DNA of 55,395 nt, from NCBI RefSeq assembly GCF_001194135.2, contig NC_068990.1:94291581-94346975 (forward strand). The letters are read 5' to 3'. Shown here piece by piece: positions 39,374-52,300 of the stretch (position 1 is its first letter; the number at the start of each line of letters is the position of its first letter). Source of the DNA: Octopus bimaculoides (Eukaryota). Under the pieces are notes generated by a model. That model saw only the letters and a program-made list of their open reading frames with translations. It did not search any database and was not told the origin of the DNA. The translations under genes and the position numbers were made by a program.

Positions 39374-41793
39374 NNNNNNNNNNNNNNNNNNNNNNNNNNN
39401 NNNNNNNNNNNNNNNNNNNNNNNNNNNNNNNNNNNNNNNNNNNNNNNNNNNNNNNNNNNNNNNNNNNNNNNNNNNNNNNNNNNNNNNNNNNNNNNNNNNN
39501 NNNNNNNNNNNNNNNNNNNNNNNNNNNNNNNNNNNNNNNNNNNNNNNNNNNNNTATATATAATCAGTTCAACGAACAAACAATTCAAGAAACAAACAAAA
39601 ACCAAAGTGAGGGGAAAAAAAAAAAACAAATGTGAGGGCATACACAAGAATTATATTAGTTTGATGCTCAGTGAAAAGAGAGAGTTTTTAACATTTCAAG
39701 CATGGCTCTTTGTCAGAAAGGAGGAAAGGAAAAGTTCAAAGAAGAAAGAAAATCGATAACAGCCCACATGTGGTTACATATCTCAAGTGACCGGAAGTGA
39801 AAGGAGTTAGAGAAAGTGGATTTTTGGGACACAAGTGTGTGAAGATGGTCAGTGTGTGTGTGTGTTTGTGTGAGTATGTGTGTGGTAGGATCAGTGCGCA
39901 TGTGTTAGTGTTTATGTTTATGTTGCTGTGAGAGGTCAGTAGCAAGTCATCGGTGTGTGTGTTTGCATGTGTGCATAAACAGAGTGGGAAAATGAAGATA
40001 TATAAAACTTGACATAAAAACAAGTATTTATATATATATATATATATAAATATACATATATAATACACATATATATGTATGTATGTATGTATATATATAT
40101 ATGTAAGTATACATATATATATATATTGGGTCATCCCATAAATAATGCGGGTTTTTTTTTGTACTTCTTTTATTTTTCCAAATTAAGATAAAGTTCTTTC
40201 TTAATCTAAAATACACTCTCCTTCATTTTCTACAATGCTCTTCCATTTATCTGGTAGACTTGCAAGCCTTCTCTTCCAAACTTCACTTGCCCGTGATGAA
40301 AGATATCCCTCCAGTACCATTCTGATTTCATATCTTTTTCTGTCCAAATGATTCTGAAGACTACAGAACAAAGGATAATCAAATGGGGCAATGTCCAGCA
40401 AATATGGTGGGTGGGGCATCGTTTTCCATTCAAACTGCTCCAGCTTTTGGAATGTCATCCTCACAGAATGTGGCTAAGCATTATCCTGATGGAAGATGGC
40501 CATTTTTCTTCCAGTGCTGACTTAAGCTGCTCACAGTAGATCTCCTTTGTTATCGTTTGGTTTGGATTTAAAAGTTCAAAGTAGACTAAAGCTTTCATAT
40601 CCAACCAAACAGATAAAAACACCTTATGTGGATGAAGGCATTCTTTAGTCAGGGGTGCCAGTGTTTCTCCTTCCCTACCCAATGTTTTTGGTGCTTGGCA
40701 CTTGTCACCAGCCACTATTTGGTCAAAAAAAGATTCATTCGTGAGGTGTAACAGCAAGGAAGAGCACACATTCACTCTCATTCGCTATGCTGGACCATTG
40801 AAAGATTTTTTTCATTCTCTTATTCCTTTCTGTTGAAGAACGTANNNNNNNNNNNNNNNNNNNNNNNNNNNNNNNNNNNNNNNNNNNNNNNNNNNNNNNN
40901 NNNNNNNNNNNNNNNNNNNNNNNNNNNNNNNNNNNNNNNNNNNNNNNNNNNNNNNNNNNNNNNNNNNNNNNNNNNNNNNNNNNNNNNNNNNNNNNNNNNN
41001 NNNNNNNNNNNNNNNNNNNNNNNNNNNNNNNNNNNNNNNNNNNNNNNNNNNNNNNNNNNNNNNNNNNNNNNNNNNNNNNNNNNNNNNNNNNNNNNNNNNN
41101 NNNNNNNNNNNNNNNNNNNNNNNNNNNNNNNNNNNNNNNNNNNNNNNNNNNNNNNNNNNNNNNNNNNNNNNNNNNNNNNNNNNNNNNNNNNNNNNNNNNN
41201 NNNNNNNNNNNNNNNNNNNNNNNNNNNNNNNNNNNNNNNNNNNNNNNNNNNNNNNNNNNNNNNNNNNNNNNNNNNNNNNNNNNNNNNNNNNNNNNNNNNN
41301 NNNNNNNNNNNNNNNNNNNNNNNNNNNNNNNNNNNNNNNNNNNNNNNNNNNNNNNNNNNNNNNNNNNNNNNNNNNNNNNNNNNNNNNNNNNNNNNNNNNN
41401 NNNNNNNNNNNNNNNNNNNNNNNNNNNNNNNNNNNNNNNNNNNNNNNNNNNNNNNNNNNNNNNNNNNNNNNNNNNNNNNNNNNNNNNNNNNNNNNNNNNN
41501 NNNNNNNNNNNNNNNNNNNNNNNNNNNNNNNNNNNNNNNNNNNNNNNNNNNNNNNNNNNNNNNNNNNNNNNNNNNNNNNNNNNNNNNNNNNNNNNNNNNN
41601 NNNNNNNNNNNNNNNNNNNNNNNNNNNNNNNNNNNNNNNNNNNNNNNNNNNNNNNNNNNNNNNNNNNNNNNNNNNNNNNNNNNNNNNNNNNNNNNNNNNN
41701 NNNNNNNNNNNNNNNATATATAAATACATATACATACATATAAATACATATACATACATATATATACACATAAACATATATTTATACATATAC

Positions 41794-41824
<31 letters not shown>

Positions 41825-41889
41825 TATATATATACATATACACATACATATATACATATATACACATACATATATACATATACATATAT

Positions 41890-41932
<43 letters not shown>

Positions 41933-43079
41933 TTTACATACATATACATATATATATACATACATACATATATATATATACACACATATATATATATACA
42001 TATACATATATATATATATATATAGTTTATTAATAATAAGTTGTTGAGTATTATCTGGAGATGTATAATGCCAAAAAGTAAGGATGTTGTAGAGGCACAG
42101 AGATGTCAGCTCTACATTCTCCACAAACAAGAATTATCAGAGGTGAAAACTATGGGAAAAATTAAATGCTCACTATTTACAGCATAGACAACAATAAAAG
42201 GATTTAACGAGACCGGAAGCTTCACGTCAAGAACAAAATGTGGAAGAAAGTAAATTACAACACCTTGAGAAGACCGATTACTAATTCAAACACCTCTCTG
42301 CAACTGCAGAAAAACTTCATCAGAGCTTGCTGAAAATTTCAATGAAGCCTGCACATTAAAAATATCACCAACAACAGCAAGAAGAAGATTTCAAGAACAC
42401 AGTCTCAAAGACTGTTAAGCAAAGAAGAAACTCAGGATTTCTCAAAAGTGAGCAAAACATTTTTGGCTCCAGTGAGCTGCCAAAAATCATCAAAACCGGA
42501 CTCTTACACAGTGACCAAATGTCATCTAGTCAGCTGAAAGCAATTATCAGCTTTATAAACTGAGCTATACTCTTGTTTTTTTTTTATATATATGTAAAAT
42601 AATTTTATTTCTAATCCTAACTTGCAATGAATGATGTTTTAAAGGCCAAGTTTAAACCAAGACAATACACCTTGCCATACTTGTCGCCAAACAAAAAAAA
42701 AAAATGGTTCCAAGAAGAAAGCTTTACTCCACTGGAGTTGCTATCCCTGACCTAAGTCCTATTCAACATCTTTGGAAGGTGCTTAGGAGGGCAATTAGAA
42801 GTAGCACAACTAAAAAATGAAAGCACAATTATGTGAAACTAGAAGAGTATCACAACCTCATATTATCCATGCCAAGATGAATTAAGGCAGTCATTTAAGC
42901 TAAATCTGATACACTAAGTATCAGATTACTGAAAAATAAATCATTTTTGCATTTTTATACTTTTATTGTCCTGATTTAACCATATACCTTAAACGTAATT
43001 AATTTTGATGGGTGCTTTTTACTTCTGGCCAAGGCAGTATATATATCATCATCATATATACACACATATACATATATGC

Positions 43080-43116
<37 letters not shown>

Positions 43117-43295
43117 TACACACATATATATATACATATGCACTTCAGCAGTGTAACTACATGTGTCATTGGCAAATGAAGAGCTATACTTGAAACATCA
43201 AACTCTCTCTTTTCACCGAGTGTTGTTCGTTTTTATTCATTTATTTGAATTGTTTATTTGAATTGATATACATATATATATATATATATATACAC

Positions 43296-43344
<49 letters not shown>

Positions 43345-46300
43345 CATCATTTAATATCTGCATTTCATGCTAGGATGGACTGGACAGTTTGATAGAAGCT
43401 GCCCAGGTGAAAGGCTGTTCAGGCTCCAACTGTTTGTTTTGGCATAGTTTCTACAGCTGGATGCCCTTCCTAACACCAACTACTTTACAGGGTGTGGACT
43501 GGGTGCTTTTATGCACCACTGGTACAGGTGCTTTTTACATGGCACCAGCATTTACAAGCCCACAAGATTAAGGATACTCAGCTGGAGAGAGTTGCAAGGA
43601 ATGAGACTGTATATATACCTACACACACACACACATATATATATGTATATATACACACACATACGATGGACTCTCCCATTGAAGACAACGTATGAGCATT
43701 CAGCTTTTGCCGAACAACCAGCACAAATGACTTGTTTTATAGTGATGATCAAATGTTTGTGCCACACATTAGCTCACTCCCCCCTCCATCAAATCAAGGT
43801 GGCATGAACACATGCACAAGTGTACCACATGTCAGGTGGCAAAGTGATCACAGTGCATTGTGAGAGTGTTTCTGCTCAAGAACACAACGCACCCCACTCT
43901 AGGAACTGAAATCACAATCTAGCAATCATGAGTGCAACACCCTAACCACAAAGCCATACACCCATACAGCCCATTGAAGAGTACCCTTCAATCACTGGGC
44001 AATAAACTGTGCTTGAGAAAACCTGTTGAGTCAAGTGAAATCATTGTCATGGCCAGTACTGCCTGACTGGCACGTAAAAAGTACCATTCAAGCATGGTCC
44101 TTGCCAGTGCCACTTGACTGGCTCCAGTGCCAGAGGCACATACAAAGCACCAGTCAAGCGTGGCTGATGCCATTCCTGCCTGACTGGCCCTTGTGGCCGG
44201 TGGCACATAAAAAGCACCCACTACACTTTCGGAGGGGTTGGCGTTAGGAAGGGCATCCAGCTGTAGAAACACTGCCAGATCAGACTGGAGTCTGGTGCAG
44301 CCTTCTGGCTCGCCAGTCCTCAGTCAAACCGTCCAACCCATGCCAGCATGGACAACAGACGTTAAATCACGATGATTTAGATATATATATATATCCACAC
44401 ACAGATGACAGGGCTTTTGTCCATATATCATATTTTTGAAAACTTAGAAATAGTCGCAGCATAGTTTGTCAACATTATTAAAATGAAAAGGAAATTAACA
44501 AACTTTGATACAATATCATATTTTCTAGAGAGAAGCTGACCTATATGACTGCTGATTGATAAAGCAAACATATTTTGCTACTTTTATGTTTTTATGAAAG
44601 CTCAACCAAATTAACACAAAGAAAATAATTACTTATAGAAGATGAAAGGAATGGACGACATTTGCTATTCTTCACATATCGATGCAAAAATATCAAATTT
44701 CTGTAATAAGTCTTAGATTTTCTAAAAAGGGAAATACAGAATTCCGACATTCGTAACCAAACTAATCATAAAGGAAAGCTCAAAATTATATTGATACATG
44801 AGGCAATAATGTACAAGGAAAATATTAAAAAAAGACCAATGAAACATCTTCCAAGAAAAAAAGAAGACAAATATATAAATAAAACAAAGGAAAACTTTTG
44901 TAAATATTTTTTGAATTATTTTGATTTCAGTTGGACTCATAAACTGTTCAACCAGCTAAAACTTAACATGTTGATAACCACGTGGGGCTAAATTAAATGA
45001 GGATTTCATGTGTGTGTGTGTGTGCGTGTGTGTGTGTATGCATATAAATTTGCTAACAAAATAAACAGCCTCTTATTTGACTTTTTTTGCTTGCTTGGAG
45101 TTTTTTTTCTTTTGTTTTTTTGGTGAAACTAAAATAGATGTATCATCTTATGATACAGAAAATTCTTAAAATTGCTAGAACAATTTTAACTGGAATTTCA
45201 AGCCAACAACAATTTTCTATTTATGGTTCAACTGATTCAATATTGGACTACTTCATGATCCTTGGAACCTAAAATGGAAAATATACAGATATATATTTAT
45301 AAACTCGCATATGTATGTATTAATCTTACACATACACAGAATGTCTCTTAAATCTCTTGATAAATATTTAATAAAATACAAATCAGGATTGATGTTTTCC
45401 TAGAAATTTGCAATCAGCAAAGGAAAAGTAATCTTCAAGAAAAGGGCCCCGCCTTTATAATTACATTTCTGGAAAAAAAACCTGCTTTATTGTCTTATCT
45501 AAAAGACCGACATACAAATTGAGTGACTGAACGAGACTTTAGGCAAATTTCTTAATTAATTAATAAGATGTTTAAATGCTTTTAAACACAAAAATAAGAG
45601 AAAAGTTTGTGCTTAAAAGTAACTAATGTATAAGTTTGTAAAACCCCTTCAAAACCAGATAAAGAATATAGTAATAAAAAAAATTTGGGCAACAAATGAA
45701 AAAAACTGTAAAAAAATTTTTTTTAATTTATAATTTTTCAAAAGAAATGACAAACCTTCAGCAAAAGGATCATATCTTTCAGGAGAAATAATCATCTGCC
45801 TACGAATAGCTCGATAGTCATCTTCCCTGTCAGCAATTCGGGCTGGTCGGTTATCAGCAAGAGGGTCATAATTCTGAAATAGCAACAAGAAAAAATTTAC
45901 AAAAAGGAAGAAAAAAAAAAAAAAAAAAAAGCCAGCCTTTATTATACACTGTTTTTTCATCCTCATTGTTTTAAGATGCACTTTTCGCCAAACCAAGTGA
46001 AATCGTAGTTCAAGCCAGTGCAAATAACACTAGAAAGATACCCACTACACTGTTGGAGTGGTTGGCATTAGGAAGGGCATCCAGCCGTAGAAACCAAGCT
46101 AAGCCAGACTGGAGTCTGGTGCAGTTCTTCAGCTTACCAGTTCCAGTCAAACCGTCTGACCCATGCCAGCACAGAAAATGGAGAGAATTTGTTGAGGTAG
46201 ATTTTTCTACAACTAGATGCCCCACCTGTCACCAGTTTCTAAGCAAGGTAATTAACATGAGTTCAATCCTGGCTAGCTTTCACACAAATCAGCCAAATGT

Positions 46301-49300
46301 TTTGTTTACCAGTTTCTATATCAGACCAAATGCTTGATGGCTTAGCTCAGTACATCAGGAATATTTATCACCGAGGAGCCCAAACCAGGTTGAAACATCA
46401 TGCCTGACAATCAACCAGCATTCTGAGCAAATCCATGGGCTTATTTAACACATAAGTCTCTTTGAGAAGTTTTCTATGCAACAAAATATTACATCCGATA
46501 CCATTCCACATTTGTATAGACATTATGTTATATACAGACCAATGTATTTTAATCTAAGGCGGCTTCAAATGCATGAATTAATTTTTAAAGAGTTCTGTTA
46601 ATTGCAGTGTTTCCTTATTTGCTATGTTTACAAAAATCTATGGCTTACTGCTCTAAATAGTAGTCATTCAGATCATACTGACAATTAACATGTAGAGTGT
46701 CTTGTTAAAAAGGTTTTCAACCTTCGCCTCTTTCAAAGTCCTCACTACATCCAAAAATAATGACCACCCAACTAACTGGCATGGGGTTGCTCATAAATAG
46801 ATGAATATACAAATGAGGTATTGTTTTACAGCAAGATGCCCTTCCTATAATTAATCCTTACCTGGTTTTCGAGTAAAGGATTTCTTATTCCCCAATGCAT
46901 CAAAGGTACAAAAGGGAGCAGATGATTTGTTGACAAGAAAACTGACAACACCTCGCACCCATGTACTGCAACTTTCATACAGCAAGACATAGACAAACAT
47001 ACATACCTAATGGTCTTTTTCAGTTTCTGTCTACCAAGTCCTCTTTCAAGGCTTTGTTCAGCCAAGGGTTATAGGAGCAGACACTTGCTTAAGGTAGAAT
47101 ATGGTGAAACTGAACTTGAAACCACGTGGTTGGAAAGCAAACTTTTTAACCACATAGCCCCCACCTGAAGCTATATCCAATGAGAAAGAGGATCTAACAT
47201 GGTGTTTCGGGCATTTGGCAAGAAACAACCTACTTTAGTGAATATGAACAATATTTCTTATGCTCATATGCATGTCTGCACATTATCACAGTCTTAACTT
47301 ATGTGAGGGAGATTGCTCTGCAACTAGGATTGATAAAGTGAATTGTTGCAACAAGTAACTTTACTGAATACAATTTAACTGCATCAAGTCCTGGGTGTGA
47401 TTTGAAACTGCATTTGGTAGTGGGGACCTTGTTTCGGAGTTCTAGAGTTTTGAAGGGTATAGAACCACCTTTTAGCTACCATTGTTCCCAGGTCTACTCT
47501 GACCCAGAGTAGTAACACCTGTCAGGGTCCCAACTACAGGTTAATTAGCTCCAGAAAAAGATCACTCACAGACACAGACATCCCAATGGATGCAGGGTAG
47601 CTAAAAAAAAAAAATCCAAACATAAGAACACAGACATCTTACCTTGTCATTTAATGTGTCATTCAATAAATTCAATGGTGCAGTGAATGATGATTTCTTA
47701 GAATAAGATGGCTCCTCTTCCTCGTCCTATAAAGAAAAAAAAACATATATTGTTTCTTTAAGCATAAAGAAAGCTGCAGCTACAATCATCTACAACATCA
47801 AGAATGGAATAAAAGAAATAGCCAAGTCAATAAACAAAATAAGTGGTACCTCAGCATTCCAAATTGAAATCTTGGTAATTAGCCTTTCCTTCATTTAGGA
47901 TCAGTGAAATAAGTACCAGAAAGATTCTTGGGTTGAAAGGAACACGATTAGAAGCAGTGGTGTCTACTAGAGACAGCTTACTTAATGCTGTTGTGTGTAC
48001 ATTTATGCTTGCTACTTAATTGCCTTTACCTAAACAGATCACAAAACTGAAATGCAGAGTGACAAACACTGTAAAGCTGAATTCAAAACCTATGAAGCAA
48101 CTGAATTGTAACTATCAGAGAATCAGTTTTATTGATGCTGCTAATCAATTTCTTCCTCACCATTTCTGTCATGCTAAGGATGCAAGCACTCAACCCACAC
48201 AATGACAGCTTTTGTTCTGAGTATGAGTGTTGATAAAATCAATTTCTACTGAACAATAAATGGTTAATTTAACAACCTGTTCAGTGATTAGAAAAAGATA
48301 CCATTTATTAAGTTTTTTCCAGTTGAAAACTGAACAACAAATCTCTTTCTACTCACATCTTGATCTTCATTTGGAGCAATGGATGTAACATAACCTTCAA
48401 ATTTACTTGAAGAAGATCCATAGATATCCGTGTCAAAATGGCCTTCAGCACCAAGACCAACACGTTCTCCATTATCTTGAAACAATGTATTCTTTTTCTG
48501 TTGAATAGTTCGAACTTGTTCTTCAATATCTGCAATGAATAGTGATAAATAAGGTTTAACAAAACTGACAAATATAACCTTTACATTTACTTTTCAACAA
48601 GGTTTACAAATACAGACCCTGACAGTCACTTGTCATCATTTAAAATCCACTTTTCTATGCTAGCACACACTGGACAAGTTGTTATTATCCGGTTACTGTC
48701 TTCTTTGGTAGTTTCATAACTTCTCACTCCTGTCTTCCCGTTTGGACAATTTCTATGGCTGGATGCTCTTCCTATTGCCAACCACTTAACTGAATAAAGT
48801 GGGTTCACTTTATTATGGCACCAGCACTAGAAATTGGCTTGCTACTCAGCAAGACTAAAGAGATGTCTTTATTCTTATTTCCATTCATTCATTGGAAGCT
48901 GAGAAATTGCCTCACACCAAGGGACACCCCCCTCCCACTCTTCTTTCAGTTATCACCATTCATTCATTTCTTTCTTTTCCATACTACTGAATGAGATGAG
49001 AACCAGAGTAGTAGAGTTATAAAAGAGAAAGAGGGTGATAGATAGATATAGATATATGATGGTTGTTGGTAAGGAGATTGAATAGAAGTTACATGTCTGC
49101 AAAGGCAACAGGAGAGAGCACGATGAAAGAGAAGGTGAAGGAAGAGAGAGTAGAAAAATGGATGATGGTTGAAGGTAAGGAGGTTGAATGGAAACGTGCA
49201 GGTAAGAATGGTGGTAGAGAGAGTGAAATGAGGGAAATGAGTGTGATGGAAGAGAGGAAATATATCAAAATGGAATTGATCTAATCTACAAATCTATAAA

Positions 49301-52300
49301 TGGAATTGTTACAGTTATATCAAATGACCGTAAGAAATAGTTCATGAAGATGAAGTCTACAAAAAGAAAAATCTGGCAACCCTGGAGATAGCAAAAGAAG
49401 TAAGCACTCCACCCAACCCCACCTCCTTATATTGCATCAGTAACTTAGTACTTAAATGTAAACCAACAGCTGTAGAATGTGTGACTTTTAATCTCGATTG
49501 ATGTTACCAAGGTTGACTTAGCCTTTCATTTGTTTAAGGTCAATAAAATATCAGTGAGATCGTGAATTAAATAGTTAAAAAGCAAAACTATATTTAGTAA
49601 ACCGAAACAAAATATATATCATGTATTTAATCATGTACCATCTCACACACACACACAAAAACCATGTAGTTATGAAATCAATTAAACGACTTTGTATTTG
49701 GTCCTTTAGAGCAAAGCTTATAGCCTATGATTTAGAGGACAAAGCAACAAACCAGACCTTTTAAAATTTATACAGCAATACATTCCACTCTATATAAGGC
49801 AATCACACAAAAAGAGTTATTAAACAAATCTACAAGAGAAAAAAAACCCATATAGTGTTATTTCCAAGAAATGCCATTTTATTAAATTTTAAACTAAAGA
49901 CAATGTCGTTTTCTATTTTGATCCTCTCTCATAGAAGCATCTCACATGACATTTGAATTTTCTATTTTGTTTAAATGTCAAAAGCCCACTGATTCACAGC
50001 ACATTTCATTCAGCCTTAAGTTTTTTTTCTATTCAGAACTATTACAACTAACATGTATAACAGATATACAAACATAAGCATTTATGTAATGGGTGTGAGT
50101 ACGGGTACGTGATTAAGAAGTATAGGCAAGTGTCATTTTATTAGATCTCTGGGTCAATAGAAGCCCTGTGAGAAGAAGAAAGCAAATTGCAAAAGGTATG
50201 CACAATTCTTCAGGATTGATGAGATTCCAAATGGATGATCAATGAAAAGCATTGACCAATGTCCCCAGTCCTGGAGATTTGGCAGTGAATGTTCAATTCT
50301 TATCTTATTGAGCAGCATCAAGAACAAGTAAATTGGCCATTTCTCTGCAAGCAACATCATTCTGCAATCTCAGTTGATTCCACTTTGAAGTAGGCCTATG
50401 TGCCAAAGTCCACTGATTGCATGTTCTCCATGTATTGGTCCGATGACTCATCTGTCATGGGAGTCAAAAGGCACTCAAGTAGAAGGACCAAGGCATGGAG
50501 AGAAGATAAAAAGCACAACAAAAATACCTTATCAGTATTTCCTCCTAAGTTCTATATATTCTGAGAGCGTATTAAAGCCCTTTTCGGGGCTACTTTATTT
50601 GAATTCTTACTATCATGTTATTACATAAATGACTTCACAATTTGGATATTCCTAAAAACAAGATCCTGTGTTAGACAGTTCGGTATTCTCTGTAAATGCA
50701 CAAAAACCGTTTTAAGGGCCACATACTTTGTGTTGCTGTTATTGGACTAGCGAAACAATTATGAGAACGGAACCAAGGGATAAGCCCTGCTTTCCCCGGA
50801 ATTACTGGGTACATCAGCTAGTTACTGAATGTGTGACTGGAAACAAGGATATTACTTTTAGCTCCATTTAACTTCAAGGGCATGTTTCATTATACCAGTT
50901 GGTATAACGATGGAAGTCAGTTGAAAAATAGAATTATGCCTTGTAGAACTAAATGCATTTTTTACCTCCAACTTCATAATGACCTTTGGTAACAAACTGG
51001 TGAAAACATTGATACACTGTGAACAGAAGCCTCAAAATTTAGTGGAATATCCATTTCCATTGAGTGAGAAGAAAAGCTTTGAAAAGACCCGTAACATAAG
51101 GACAGAGAGCCATTTCTGCAGCAAAATGACAGAAGACAATGCCAACGATAATGGGGGTAGATATACTGTAAGACTTACTTCAGGAATGAAGCTGGGCACA
51201 GAAAAGAAATCTGGGAGAATTCTTTGAGGAGGGCATTGATAAATTTAGTGACTGAACGAATGAGTTTCTGCTTCACTGCATTTTAGAAATGAAGTATAGA
51301 AGTGTAAAGTGCAACTGCCAGTGTTGAAACAAAATTGTACGAGAATGAAAGAATTGTCAGGTAGCCTTCATTTTCATTCAATGAGATGCGTTTGATGTCG
51401 TCTGAGAGAAAGCACGTTTACAGCTGTGAAGTCAAATGAAAGAAACTGCACCTTTCCTGAATAAAATTCATGAAGCTTGCTATTGACGGTTGATTTAAGG
51501 TTTTTGCTCTTCATAATCTCAAGAGAGTTACGCTAATAGGATCAATGGCTGAATCGTGAGGCTGCAAGTTGGAAAATGGCGAATGTAGTGTGTTTGTTAC
51601 AGATGACTGATCATTAGATTTGTTTCGTAATGCTACGAGGACATAAACAGGCGTTGCCAAGCCCCTGTCTCGGCAGCATCAAAGAGAGTCTCGTCTAACA
51701 AGACAGCTAAGGTTTCTCTTAAAGCAAAGACTAGCTTAGCTTGGTTGTTTGAGGAAATCATCCTGGTATTTCGATTTGCGTTGACCACGAGGCAAGAAGA
51801 GCTGGAATATTTTAAGTGGCTCAGAAGCAAAAACAAAAGCCACTGACTGATTACAAAATTCCCATCGGTTACTTGGCTACGTTTGATGCCAACAAGAGAG
51901 AAAAATTGTCTGAACTAGTTTTGGCAGCACATATTCTTAGAACTGACAGCAATTTAGTTTTAACCAGACTAAACGTTTCCTATAAACTGAATTTTTAAAA
52001 AAATTTTTTTTTTTTACCTCAGCTCTCATAAATCTCATAGCAATAAAAGTATTTTCTCTATATACATGATCAACTAAACACCAGAGAGTTAAAAGGTCGA
52101 AAGATGTGGGCCATAATAGGCGTACGTGAATCGAAAAAAGCGAAATAGTCATTTAGAAACTAAAACAAAATGACGAGAAAGAAGTACAGCAGTAAATAAT
52201 AAATGTGATGTCAGTTCCGTGCGTAGAAAACAATCAAAACGGACAGGAAAAGGATATTAGATCCGACTAAATATTATTAATCTTTATAAAATACATCGAT

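Noticed and set aside
39234-42130. Long YI/VC-rich ORFs
   Set aside because: Translations of TA/CA microsatellites and N gaps.
50150-51900. Possible LINE or transposase relics and short ORFs in intron 1
   Set aside because: Isolated motif hints ([14 protein letters not shown]) without a consistent domain.
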